Shown here piece after piece: positions 48,878-61,391 of a DNA stretch of 64,000 bases; position 1 is the first letter of the stretch, and every line of letters starts with the position of its first letter. The notes under the pieces were generated by a model that saw nothing but the letters and a program-made list of their open reading frames with translations, had not been told where the DNA came from and made no database searches. The position numbers were made by a program, and so were the translations under genes. Source of the stretch: Fistulifera solaris (taxonomy: Eukaryota). The stretch is taken from positions 1,054,001 through 1,118,000 of the forward strand of contig AP026127.1 in NCBI GenBank assembly GCA_030295235.1. The letters run 5' to 3'.

Positions 48878-50020
48878 ATGCCATTTCATTGGATACGAAA
48901 GAAGCCTCATATCCATTTACTCTATTATTCCGCTCTGTGGGGTGTCGTTCGAAGCATGTCGATACCAACATCCAACAATAAGGTCAACCTCCTGGACTTG
49001 TGCGCGGCCGCCATTGCCTGCACCGTCACGGCGTCCAAATGCATTCAAGAAATTGCTCCTTCCAAAAATACACGAACCAAAGCCGATGGATCCTTTGTCA
49101 CAGATGCTGATTTTGTGGCGCAAGGTGTCATTGTACAAGCCTTGCAAAGTATTTGCCCGACACTCAATATTGTAGGTGAAGAATCTCCCGAAGAAATGAA
49201 GCAACACGAGCAGCGTGATCGTCAACTGGATCGGACGCTCTGGAAATTATCACGAAATGAATTGCAATGTCGGTACTTTGGTACGGGTATGACTCATCTT
49301 CCTTTACATTCGAAATGCAGAGAGGGAGAGCTACCGGCCTTTCCCGATGATCCGGAAGAATTTCTAGTGGACCCACTGCGCCTCCGTGTCATTGTGGATC
49401 CTCTGGATGGTACCAAATCATATACAAATGGAGATCATGATGCTGTTTCTATTCTCATTGGCTTTATATTAGACGATGCACCGGTTTTTGGTGTCGTGGG
49501 CAAGCCATTTGGGTACACGGGGTTGTCGTCGATTCGCGATACGGGGTGTGTCACCTTGTACGGCGGGACGTTGCTTCGGGGTGCGTTCGTGGCTGGTGAC
49601 AAAATTCCTCTATCGCAACCTAATCCAATTACACCAAAAGCTGTTATTTCCGCTTCGCGATCCAAAGGCGTGGTGCAGCAGTTTTGTCAATATCTGGGAG
49701 AGAAAGGGTTACTCGCGGCCGATCCACTCTTGGTACCCGGTGCTGGAGAAAAGTCTGTCCGTATTCTGTTATCTCGTAATGACGAAGCACTGTGGTTTTA
49801 CCCGAAACCGGGAACTTCACTTTGGGATGTGGCTGCGACAGACGCGCTGCTCCGTGCTCTGGGTGGTAAACTGACGGATAAATATGGGCACAACATGGAT
49901 TACAGCAAATCCAGAGAAGAGGCGGAAAATGTAGATGGCGTCGTAGCGTGCATGTCAGCTGATCTGCATCGACAGTGTATAGAGTTGTTTGCAAAAGATA
50001 ACTGGAATGAAATCCCATGA
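48878..50020 (+). CDS. 3'(2'),5'-bisphosphate nucleotidase / inositol monophosphatase family protein
   Basis: VTDADFVAQ, IVGEE, IVDPLDGTKSY, GAGEK, TSLWDVAA..LRALGGKLTD. Confidence 0.92.
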   Translation: MPFHWIRKKPHIHLLYYSALWGVVRSMSIPTSNNKVNLLDLCAAAIACTVTASKCIQEIAPSKNTRTKADGSFVTDADFVAQGVIVQALQSICPTLNIVGEESPEEMKQHEQRDRQLDRTLWKLSRNELQCRYFGTGMTHLPLHSKCREGELPAFPDDPEEFLVDPLRLRVIVDPLDGTKSYTNGDHDAVSILIGFILDDAPVFGVVGKPFGYTGLSSIRDTGCVTLYGGTLLRGAFVAGDKIPLSQPNPITPKAVISASRSKGVVQQFCQYLGEKGLLAADPLLVPGAGEKSVRILLSRNDEALWFYPKPGTSLWDVAATDALLRALGGKLTDKYGHNMDYSKSREEAENVDGVVACMSADLHRQCIELFAKDNWNEIP

Positions 50021-50267
50021 GAGACGTCATGTCGTGATTCGCTAGTTGCTGATGCACAGTCCTTTTCAAAATCTAAATTAAACAGGTTTTTACGAACGAT
50101 GTAGCGAATTGCGATGCTTTATATCGTCTCGCTTTCAATGCCATAAGGACTTGTAGTAGTATCGGGCTTTTTATTACTGTTCGTGTAGATTATAAAGAAC
50201 TCATTCCTTGACGGGCCGCAAATGAAAATGTAAAGAGTGGTGACAAGCAACGGCATCTCTAGTAAAA

Positions 50268-53200
50268 TTACTTAGGTGTATCTTCTTCGCGTGGTGCTTC
50301 TTCAATAATCATGTCATCATCCACAGAGTTCTCTTCACGCATCAACTTACGGAACCCTGCGTATTGCCGAATCAACGCATCTTTGTCCGGCCGTCCAGCT
50401 TTGTCCACTAAGGTTTGAATAGAAGCATCAAAAGCGGTGGAGATTTCTATCTTGACCGTACTCTTGTCGACCTCACGGTCAGCGGTATTTGGGTCGTATT
50501 CAAGACATCGAGTGTTAGATAGATTGTAGACTTGACGTAAAAACGCCTTCAAGCGGAGTAAGAGACTCAATGCGATCCCTTTGCTACAGAGATCTACAAA
50601 TGCATTCATCTGAAAGTGAGGCAAAGAAAGGGCACCCGCTTCCTTCGTGCGACTAGGAAATCTTGTGAGTCCCGCCTTTTCGAGCTGGTCTAAATCTTGA
50701 AGATTGTCATCGAATTCATCAGCAGACCCTAGGCCAACCTCGCGCAACAATTTCGTCATTCGGTCAAGAGTGTCAGTCCCCTGTAAAGCAACCGTAGACG
50801 AGATCTGGTGAATGATAAATAAAGGGTCTTCGGAAGTGGTATACTCAAGATGGGCGAGAATTTGCGATGCAAATGAGAGCAGAAGGAGATCGCTAGAACA
50901 CCCGGATGTCTTGTCTTGTGGGGGCGCAGAACTCAGCTTGAATAGGCTGATCAAATTCTTCAAAAACCCGTGTCGTTGTTTTCGACTGCTACCAATGCAC
51001 TCTTTGAACACACGAGAGAATACACACTGAATGGTTGTTTTCTTCCCTTCTTGCGTAACGATGATAGCTGAAGCGTGCTTTTCGTCGCTAGTAACAAGGC
51101 GCTGGAATTCCCAAGCATGTTTTACCCCGGCACATATACGGCGACGCAGTGTATCAGGTCTTTTCTCTCCTTCAATAGACAAATATTCAAAGGAAAGCGA
51201 GCGTATTTGACTCTTTTCCGTGTCTCCCTGCATTGCAAATAGGTAGGGAATCGCCTCGTTAGGATTTACGAGCCCTTGGCGTAGTAAGATACCGATGACC
51301 TTCAGGACCGCAAATCTAATCGAGCTCTCCTTCGATCTGGTCAAATCGAAGAGCCGAGCAGCGTGGTTGGTCAATACACCTCCAAATAAGGTTGCATCCC
51401 CGTCTTGGTCACCTGAAATGCGCTTCGCAAGGCTCAAGCTTTCATCGCTCTCCATTTTCACTCGTGCCAAACCGCCGTCAACGCGTTCTTCTTCAGTCTG
51501 CATAACCATAATGTCAATGAATTGACGTGAGTATTGATGATGGACCGTAGTGTCGACAAATATCTAAGAGAACAATACGTACCTCAAGAATATTGCACCA
51601 GCAACTCAATGCTTCTAACTGAAGTGGTATAGCAGCACTGTCTGCCATCAAACATTGTATCTGACCTTCGCTGTCTAGCTGTAGAAGAAGACGAGGCTGC
51701 GAGACGAAAATGCCCCCTAGAGCCCTAAGCGCAACACATTGGGTTGATACGTCCTTCTTTTTAAGAAAAGCAGAAAATAGACGGTAGCAAGCTTGCAAGA
51801 CGTTAGTCCAGCTTAGTTCTTCGTTGGGAACAAAATCGATGTCAAGTCCTGCTGAGACTTCCTCGTCCCAGGACGTCGCGTCTGAATTTGGGTCGACTCT
51901 GTACTGGCAGATGATTCCAAGGACAGTCAATGCACGATGCACGCCGCCTCTTGTCGTTTGCTGAAGGCAACGAAGAGTGAGACTAGACGACACGGGTAAG
52001 TGTTCATTGTTTGGATTTTTGAACTCACCGATTCTTCTTCGAAGTTTTCAATACTCGCTCGTTTAATCAAGAAAGTATAAAATTTCTTTGCCAGATTGAG
52101 AAGAGGAGACGAAAAACTTCCTTCGTTGTACGGAGCAAGCGAGGAAAAGGCCCGGATCGCTGAACGGAAAGCTGTCGGTCCAAAACGAAATGAAATTTGT
52201 TTTAGATCCTCCGAGACACATTTTGCTGAAAGCCTGGAAACGAACGACTCGCCAAGAGCACACGCGAGTCGATGGATGATATCGCAAGTTGCTGCCAGTA
52301 TGGCTGGTTCGTCTTCTTTGGCGGCACCATTGTCGCCCTTCAAATACGGCAATACAGTCTCAATCTTGTCACAAACGGATTGAGGCGAAGTCTTGGAAAG
52401 AACAGCTATGGTCTCTAATGTCGCCACTAAATCCTTCCCATCACGAAGGCCTTTTTTGCTCATTTCTTCTTCAATTGATAGCAGAAGTTCAAAAAGTGAA
52501 TCAATTACTTTTGCAAGGTGCTCTTTGACAGTCTCCTTACTGGCCTTTTCGACATCTTTCTGGCCCATGTTTTCCAGTAGATGTTCTAACATCTCTCCAG
52601 AACCGGCTGACCGCACAACTTCCATCATTTGAACGGCCACCATGTAGGGCTTAGTCATCAACTGCAAGTTTGTTTTGTGAGCGACAGGTGGCGTCGGTGT
52701 AACGACGCCTCGAACGCTTGCAACAATTGGCTCACTTATGAACGGAGAATCTTGCAGCCCAGGAGTGTTGGATACATCAGGGGTCCAAGTAGTGACACTC
52801 AATGTCTTTTGACTATCATCGAACCACAGGGCAGAAAGAAGCTCGTTGATGAGGTCGCGAACAGAGTCTTCCTCTTTTGGATCAAACGCCCTTTTCAACA
52901 TGGCGCTGAGGGCTGTGGCACGTCCTTTATGGGTCGGATGAACGGAGAGAACGGACTCGAAGATCTTGACGGCACGTTTACGAACGCTCACTCCAGTATC
53001 TTCGAGGCATTTCAACAGGGCTTGGTGATAAGCGTTGGCAAGAGACGGCGACTGGCTCACGTATGAACCAATTAGTGATAGAGCCGCTTCTCGAACCGAA
53101 ATCGAATCATCTGTAAGACGAAGAATGACAGAACTTTGGATGGCTTTGATTCGCATTTGGTTAGGGTCCCCTTCAACAGCCTTCAATATTTTTACAAAAC

Positions 53201-55445
53201 AATGGTGAGTTAAAATGAGATGTTCAACAGATCCGACGGTAATCAGCTTACCTTCTCGATGGCTTTCAAAGATAACTTTCTAAGCGTCTGAGAACCAGTA
53301 TCGGACATGAGCTTGAGGACGAACTGGAGCTGAGGACGAAACCAGCTCGTCAAAATTGAAGACTTAGCCGCCATGTATAAGACTAGGCGAACGCTTCCTT
53401 CTTCAGTTGCATCTTCCCCCGATGGACCGGGATTGTCCCAGAACTCCAAAAGCTCATGGATTAGCCGACGTGGCGAAGCTTTTTCACCACTCGAGTTCCA
53501 CTTTTGGTGCAAATTTCCAACCCAGTGAGCCATCCAAAACTTAATGGCATCCTCCATATTCATGGTACCTATTCGATGCGACAAAGTCGCTCGAAAGGCG
53601 TGGGAAACTGCATAGAGCTCATCGATGTAATCATCCAGACCACATTGCTGCTGTTTTCGTCGTTCTCGTCGTTGAATGTTACCAAGTCGACAACAATCGC
53701 AAGTCCATTCATCGGGTACTTCCGAAACACCAACGCAGCAGCCATGGAAGTAATCTCGGCAGCTTTGACAGCCAATTATCAGAACGTCGCGCTGTTCCTT
53801 GCAATCACAGTAACAGGATATAGAAACATCATTTTCGGGCATAGACGATGGCTGCTTGACTTCCAGAGGCCTTGCACTTTGAATTGCCAAGATTCGGGCC
53901 TCTACAGCGAATATTTTTCCAAGGCAATCCGATGCGACAGTCAGGAAAGTACTTTCGGGGCTCGGCGTTTTTGCAGGAGTGAAAGAAGATGCGGCATTGA
54001 GGTCAACTAGGAGACGACGCGTAAGAGAATCGAGAAACGATGCGGCAGCGGGAAATTCTGGTATCAATAGAACCATGAGGAGGTCTTCGGTCAAGTTTGT
54101 CAAAACGGGTCGGAACTCCACTCCGCCATCTTTCGTCCGCCCGCATCTCTTTATCAAGTTGTCAATGAAGGATTCAATGATCTTCTTCGCGTCTGTCAAT
54201 CCCGAAACAAATCCATTGTTCTGAATCTCAGTGCCTTCTTGGACTATCAAATATGCTGGGCGTTTGACACACGCTTGAACCATCGACAAAAGGAGGGCAG
54301 TGAATGCTTGAATGTGACTTGGCGCTTGTCGCTTCAGTATGATACTTCCTACGACCGTTTTGTTGAGCTCTTGCAAAGCAGTCGCGGATGAGAACGACGA
54401 GTAACGCAGTGGATAGGACCGCAAGGATCTCTTCCCTGTTGGAAGTCGAAGAAGGATAGGGTATATGTCTTCCAGAATCGTATCTCGATGCGCAGGGTAG
54501 CGACGAAAAGCAGCAGTCACAATGGATATCATACAAAGCTGCAAGCGCTGTCCTTCCGAACCATTGTTCGCCGAATTAGCATTGCAGTTGATTTCCAACG
54601 CAGGTAGCAGGCCGCTAGTCAGCATGAGTATTTGTTGATCGTCCAGCGGGATAGAGTGAACGAGTTGCTCTAACCGTTCCAGGAGAACTTCTTCCGCATT
54701 TACGGTCGATAGAAGATATCGATACACATTTGACAAATCATGGATAGGCGGTAGGACGTAGTCGTCCTCTCCCGTGGATCGTCGACGTTTCTTCGGTGGA
54801 GACGAAGTAAAATTTTCTTTCATCGACGTGAGATGCCCCGTCCGATTCAGTGTCGGTATCAAGTTTTTGTTCAAATGCAATCGAGCCAAGGTAATAGCAG
54901 CTTCAATTGAGTCTCCATTCAAAGCTCGGGGATCCACTCCTGGACTCGAGGCGATCGAAAGCACTATAGAGGCAGCGTCAAGGCCGCTTTTGAGCACTTG
55001 GATCTTATGTGAACCCGTTTTACGAAGCCACTGGAATTGCGACCTTGTGTGAGTTACCTGAATCAATTGGCTCTCGTTTGAATGAAATACATACCTGGTC
55101 AAGTGCTTCCTTACTTCCATCTTCACCTCGAAGGTTCTCCAATGCTTCCCGAAAAAAGTCGATCGCCACGGCATTGTTGATATGTCGATCTAAAACTTCA
55201 AGGAGGCCTAGCAGCTGATCTACTTCAACACTAGCGAATCCCGCACTCTCTTGACCGCGAGTGCCATTCAAAGAAGCACACAAGAGTGATAATTCACTCA
55301 GTTCCGGGAGTGTCAATGGTCCTGCATCCACAGCTCGATTGTGACCGGTCGAATTCTCGTGTCCTTCCGTGCAGGCAACCCGAAGAACGATGCGGTTCAC
55401 CGTATCGGAAAACCTTTTCGATGAAAGCGGATCGGATGATTCCAT
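50268..55445 (-). CDS. NIPBL: Cohesin loader NIPBL/Scc2 with PHD-like insert (start codon approximate)
   Basis: PEFPAA, LRKLSLKAI, DDSISVREAALSLIG, DTGVSVRKRAVKI, LRQGLVNP.EAIPYLFAMQGD; introns 55031-55094, 53181-53251, 51961-52028 and 51498-51582 restore the frame. Confidence 0.92.
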
Positions 55446-55856
55446 TTGTTAATTGCTGCTCATTCAATAGCTCAACGGAAATCTTTGCAATGTTTCTGAT
55501 CATTGTTGTCGAAGCTCCCTCCGACGTTTTCCAGCAAACGCGAAAAGAGCGAGGGGCGGCCAAATTTTACAAGCGATCACGTCCATCGCCACTTCTATCG
55601 ATTATACAGTAGTTGAGTACCACTACGCTAAGATCTTGTTTGTTTTTATATCAAGTCCAGACTACTTTTTGTTTTTACTAGTTAGTATCTCTATGACATC
55701 CGTTTCACCCCAAAAAATGGACGCGAGGACGCGAAATGAGCAGCAGCAGCAAAAACGCGGCAAAACACACGAAAGAAAAGATTGATTCTAAAGAAGATCA
55801 GACTCGAGTTCACGCTGTTGTAAAGGAGTCGTTAAGCGAAGAAGAAAATTAGAAGC

Positions 55857-57701
55857 ATGTCGCGCAATGTTACCTTTGTTGAGGATTATTCCGCTCATGA
55901 CGAGCCCTCAAACACAGCCAATCAGGGCGCCCTTCCGTCTCATTCGCACTTTCAATTGATGTGTCCGAATTGCGGCGGCAAAGCTATCGAGCAGCACGAA
56001 GCATCCGGCGCTTCCATCTGTATTGAATGTGGTATTGTTGTGGAAGAAAATGCCATCGTCAGTGCTGTAGAGTTCGTCGAAGGGGCTGGAGGAAGCAGCA
56101 ACATGGTGGGGCAGTTTGTTTCCGCAAGTAGCAGCAAAGCGTACACCGGAGCCGCCGTCGGAAGGCGTTACGCATTCTCCAAAGACTCGAGAGAGACGAC
56201 ACTGGCAAACGGAAGACGCCGCATTCAAGAAGTGGCCAGTCGTTTGCGCCTTGGGTCGCATTTCGTCGATGCTGCCCATCGACTCTTCACCATTGCCGTG
56301 GAAAAGAACTTTGTGCAGGGTAGGAGAACTATCCACGTTGTTGCAGCATGCTTGTACATTGCTTGTCGACAAGAAAAGAGTCAACATATGCTGATTGATT
56401 TTAGTGACGCTCTTCAAGTTAATGTTTATACCTTGGGCACATGCTTTCTCAAATTCCGTCGCCTGTTGGGTTTGCAATTGGAAATTATCGATCCTGCGCT
56501 TTACATTTACCGTTTTGCGGCACATCTGGACTTGGATGAAAAAGCCAACGCAGTTTCCATGACAGCATTACGATTGGTTGCGAGGATGAAACGAGATTGG
56601 ATCGTTGCGGGCCGTCGCCCCGCTGGTATCTGTGCCGCGGCCCTTCTCATTGCTGCAAGAGTGCACGGCTTTTCCAAACATCATCACGACGTGACGAGAA
56701 TTTTGAAAGTATGCGGCATGACAGTCACCAGCCGAGTGAGGGAATTCGAAAAAACTCCCAGCGCCCGCTTAACTTTGGATCAGTTCAGTACTGTGGAGTT
56801 GCAGCGCGAAGTCGACCCTCCGGCTTATACCCGGAATAAGATTCAAGAAGCAAGACTGAAGGCCATTCAAGATGGGAACGTAGAGCTTCTCACATCGGGT
56901 GTTCTAGACGACCCCTTTCACTCCAACCCCAAAAAAGCTGCGCAGTGGCGAGAAGAGAGGAAGCTTCCTCCCGAAAAGGCAAAGCTGAAGTTGCTGTACA
57001 ATTCGCTCGAAAGCGAGTTGCTGGGGGAAGATGAAAAAATTGTGGATGGTTTGGCGCAAGAAAGTGGCCCGCTGAAAGAAGACTCGCAAGAATCAGAAGA
57101 TGCCACGAGTGGTGCGGCTGCGACAGATAAGGAAGTTACTGCGATAAAGGTCTCCTGGAGTGATGCGATTCCGCGCAATAGTATGGGAAGGAAAATTATG
57201 TTGCACGATTACTCTACAGAGGAAGAGCGCCAAAAGTCAACAACTCCAGTAGAAAGCCATTTGGATCTGGAATCATGGAAGCAGGGCATGCCGGAGTCAA
57301 TTAATCAAGAGATCGACTGCTTTTTCAGGACCGAACAGGAAGAGCGGCAGATGGAAGCGATCTTTAACAAAGTCAATAAAGATTATCTGATTCAACAAGA
57401 GAGAAAAGAGAGCGAGCGACTAAGTGCTGAGGCCGCCGCCGCTGACCAGGAGCGGGAAGATGTGGCTCAAGCTGAAGGTCATGCACGCTATAGAAATAGT
57501 CGACGAAAAAGGAAAGGAGGGGCCGCAGATGCCGAGCAAACAACCGAAGATCAGCTCATGGCGGTCGTTTCAGCTCGAAAAGTATCGCGCAAGATCAACT
57601 ATGACGCATTATCATCAATTTTTGATGAAAATGGCAGTTTTTCGACACACATCTCAGACGAAAAGAAGGAAGCCGAAGATGGTATGTTTGATATGCTATA
57701 A
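55857..57701 (+). CDS. BRF1: RNA polymerase III transcription factor TFIIIB subunit BRF1
   Basis: Zn ribbon CPNCG...CIECG, NFVQGRRT..V.AACLYIACR, IDPALYIYRFA, MKRDWIVAGRRPAGICAAALLIAAR, DPPAY, SRKINYDAL. Confidence 0.96.
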   Translation: MSRNVTFVEDYSAHDEPSNTANQGALPSHSHFQLMCPNCGGKAIEQHEASGASICIECGIVVEENAIVSAVEFVEGAGGSSNMVGQFVSASSSKAYTGAAVGRRYAFSKDSRETTLANGRRRIQEVASRLRLGSHFVDAAHRLFTIAVEKNFVQGRRTIHVVAACLYIACRQEKSQHMLIDFSDALQVNVYTLGTCFLKFRRLLGLQLEIIDPALYIYRFAAHLDLDEKANAVSMTALRLVARMKRDWIVAGRRPAGICAAALLIAARVHGFSKHHHDVTRILKVCGMTVTSRVREFEKTPSARLTLDQFSTVELQREVDPPAYTRNKIQEARLKAIQDGNVELLTSGVLDDPFHSNPKKAAQWREERKLPPEKAKLKLLYNSLESELLGEDEKIVDGLAQESGPLKEDSQESEDATSGAAATDKEVTAIKVSWSDAIPRNSMGRKIMLHDYSTEEERQKSTTPVESHLDLESWKQGMPESINQEIDCFFRTEQEERQMEAIFNKVNKDYLIQQERKESERLSAEAAAADQEREDVAQAEGHARYRNSRRKRKGGAADAEQTTEDQLMAVVSARKVSRKINYDALSSIFDENGSFSTHISDEKKEAEDGMFDML

Positions 57702-58465
57702 TAGAATATTGTTAAGTCGAGAAAGGCGATGAGCGCTGTCAAGGGACAAAGGACAAAGTCGTCTATTGTGCTCACCACAAGCCAAGGAGTTTGCTGCCGA
57801 CATTTGGCCAGAAAATTACCAGTTTGGAAATAACAACGAAAACTATGGTCTCGTTTAAGAAGGATGTTTATTCGTCTTCTAGTCTGATACCTGTCGTCTA
57901 AAGCCACCAGCGCATCGTGTGAAATAGTATCTCTAGTTTTTTGTGAAGAGCGCGAGAACCTTTTCCTTTTCATCCTTGTTCCTGCCTGCGTGTTCTTCAG
58001 GTTTCATCTTTGTTCCTGAGAAACGGAGTCGCCTACATCTACAAATATACAGTAGTGCTCTGTGAAATTTATAGTAGCGTAAAACAAGTAACAAATCGCG
58101 ACGCAGAAACATCCTACACTAAAATCCAGTATCATAGCTTTTCAGTCTGTCTGAAAGTATCCAAAGCCAATTCTCGGCGAGAGAGTATGACTTTTAATGT
58201 ACTGCGCGTCTGGCGCTTCAGGGATACAGAATAGTAGGATTCAAAGTGTCAAGTATACTACTACGTATCGATATCAATGCAGCATTTGACTTCCGACTTC
58301 CGAATTAAAAGTAATAAAGTCATGAGCACGCAATAAGCAACGGGCGTTTGATTTTTGATTCTTGGCTGCAAAATTATTGATCATCGCACAAAACACAAAG
58401 CTTGCTCGAATCGTCTTTTGTTTGCCCTGCAAGTGAGCTGTATTTAAAACGACTAAAGATTAAAC

Positions 58466-60440
58466 ATGTCAACGATGGTTTACTTTTTGACTTTTGCCAA
58501 CGCGTCGCCTATTTTCATGGCAACCGCAGAAGCAGTATCTTTGCCCGCTCTGCTCCTCTCCGTTTCTTTTTCGGTGTTTCTTTTCCGCTGCAGATGTTGG
58601 TGTGAAATAAATGAAGGTGACAGTGTGGAGCATAGAAAAGCTCCTAGGTGTTCTCGTGGGGAGACTCTTGTTCTTCCTTCTGCTTTTGTGGCATTGAAGT
58701 ATGCGCCGGACGTCGCAAACGCTTCAAGAAATGTGCGAAACGTTGCGAGAAGCGCAAGAAAGGTTCCTCGCACGTCCACCCGGAAGGATGCTGGGTAGCG
58801 AAAAACTTCAAGACAGCTTTTGCAAAGCTTCATCTACCCCCTCCACTTCCTTACCACCGTAAGAGGTCGCTGCTTGAACTGAAATGTGAATTCGAACATT
58901 GCGATGATAGCTCGGAAGAATCTCAAGAAACCGCATCGGTGGATCCAAACTTGATGCCAATGAATAGCCAACTGTATCGAGAAGGTTCACTAAGTGATGT
59001 TTCGCTATCTCATTCGACATCAAGCGCCGAGGATACGATCGACGTTAACGTGTCTACTCCAGGCTTGAAACCAGCGATTCAAATATCATATCCGAGAAGT
59101 CGAAGCGCGTTGATGGACATGGTCCGGATGCAACAGTGGCAATTCATCATCGATCACCCTGCCAAGAGCATTCTTCTTGGTCGTAAGCAGGCGAAGCACC
59201 ATGATTCAGATGGACTTTATCCGTTACATTGGGCTTGCTCCGGAGGGCCTCCGTCGTCAATTGTTGAAGCATTAATACAGAGCTATCCGTCTGCTACTCG
59301 AAAGAGGGATCATGAAGGATCTACCCCGCTTCACTTTGCCACTCATTATTCGGCTTCGGTTCCTGTCATTGAGAAGCTTCTTTTGGTTCATCCTGAGGCG
59401 GTGAGCATGCAAGACAAATACGGAAGAACGCCCCTTTATCACGCTATCGAGAAGTCTGCCAATATTAACGTCATTCAAGCGCTTATTCGAGCAGACAAAA
59501 CCACCACCGTGATTTCCTGTCTCCCTAAGGAACTGCGTGATATTCACAAAGAGCTTGGCAAGTACGACGGGGTATTGCGTCGCGCGATATCCGTACGAAC
59601 TCCACTATTCTTGGCGTGGACGGCTGTGCTTGGTGATGCCCACGCGAGGAAAACTTTTCAGGGAAAGAAGTGGGACAAAGCGGTACATCTATTGATGGCT
59701 GCTTATGAAACCATATCGACCAGCCGTCCCCTTGTGACTGACCAAACACCGCCTCATCGCGTTCCACCTGAACACTTCCTTCGAGCAGCAATCACTTTGG
59801 ATATCTATCTACCAGACGCTGTCGTTCCCATTGCCATTAAAAGCCTTGCGGTCGCAGCCTCGAAGTCAAAGTTAAGAGATGACCCTTCGCTGTACAGCGG
59901 CGCTGAATTTTTGGCCGCGGCGGCCGAGACGGAACAGTACTCGGAACAGAGATCAACCGATGTTATTCGAATGATCATTGAAGCGTTCCCTTTGCAGCTT
60001 CTCACTCAACTGATGGAGGACGAAGTCCTCTAGGAATAGCAGCAGCTGCTGGAAAGTTGTGGAAGCATGGTGCTATGGATCTTATTTTCGCTGCGGCGCC
60101 TGATGCTGTAAGCCAGGCGGATCCGCTGTCAGGGCTTCCTCCTTTTATGCTTGCTGCAGTCCGTCCAGAAGAGGCGAAAGAGTACACCGTGGATGTTTTG
60201 CGAGCGAAAAGCTTGAGGTTGTGGCTGGAAAAGAATGATCCATACAATTTGCTGACGCGTAAGGACAGGCAACGTGAACAACAGCCGCCGGTCACATCGC
60301 AGGAAGAGGTCTTGAAGCAAGGGTACGAAACAGCCAAGTTGGAGACTATCTACCAGTTAATTCAGTCTGATCCAACAGTCTTATCGCACTGTTTACGACA
60401 AAATGCATTATCATCATGTTTTCCTCGCCAAAAAACTTGA
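58466..60440 (+). CDS. Ankyrin-repeat protein with hydrophobic N-terminus
   Basis: GLYPLHWAC, GSTPLHFA, GRTPLYHA and C-terminal DPLSGLPPFMLAA...LETIYQLIQSDP; frameshifts near 58660 and 59992. Confidence 0.8.
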
Positions 60441-61391
60441 GAGGTTTGTCCTCCAACATCATCGAAATTTCCTCGCCTCGCTCTGAGACGCGGACACATG
60501 CCATAAAAAATAAAATACTTAACTTTCCTTTGTAAGCTTGCAGTAATTTAAACGTACGCATTCCGTCAATTCAATACAGGAGATGAAGCGGCGCGGAAAC
60601 CATCTTCGATGGGGTTAGACAAGTAATGCATTTATCAAAAAGCCGTTTATCCTTCATGAATACGCCGAAGGAGATCAGGATTGTTTTTGCAACAAGGAAT
60701 AAGTCCTGCTGTCCATCATTCTTCTTGCCGCTTTAACTTTACTCCGTAATAGCTTTTGCTTGACATAAAAAAGTATTACTATAATTCCTTTGTGTACCTC
60801 AACTTTGACACGACTGCATTTCAGTCATGAGAAAAAATTGTTTCGAACGTCATTGCTAGCTAGTCCCCGTTCGTTCGCCTAGATTGTTGAGGTACATTTT
60901 ACTCTGAAACGAGGATGTATCTCTCCGTAGCATTTGCAAAACACGCCTTCTTATGTTACGTCGAACTGCATGGGGAAATCGTTTTTGTCCGAATTACTAT
61001 TGATCGCAAGTGTAGGCGACCTTTTGTCGCGACTGCATTTCAGTCATGAGTCATGAAATATGAAATTCCCGAACGAACTGCATCCTAAACTTCCTGTGTT
61101 TTGCTAGCTAGGTATGGTATAATAATCTATCAAACAGAACGATTTATCTTAGCAGTATTCGCAGTGCAGGAATCAATCTTTAGTGTTGAGTGGATCGTTC
61201 CTTCATTATTTGCGTCTTTCACAATGTCTTATCGGTATTCGCAATTTCTGTGACGGCGGAACAGCATGAACCGCCGCATCTTCGGAACGATGGACGGAAG
61301 GACAAAAAATCTTGACACGCTTTATAAACCCTAGCTTTTCATTGACAATAAAGTAATAATTAAATTACTTTTTCAATTCAACAGAACACAA

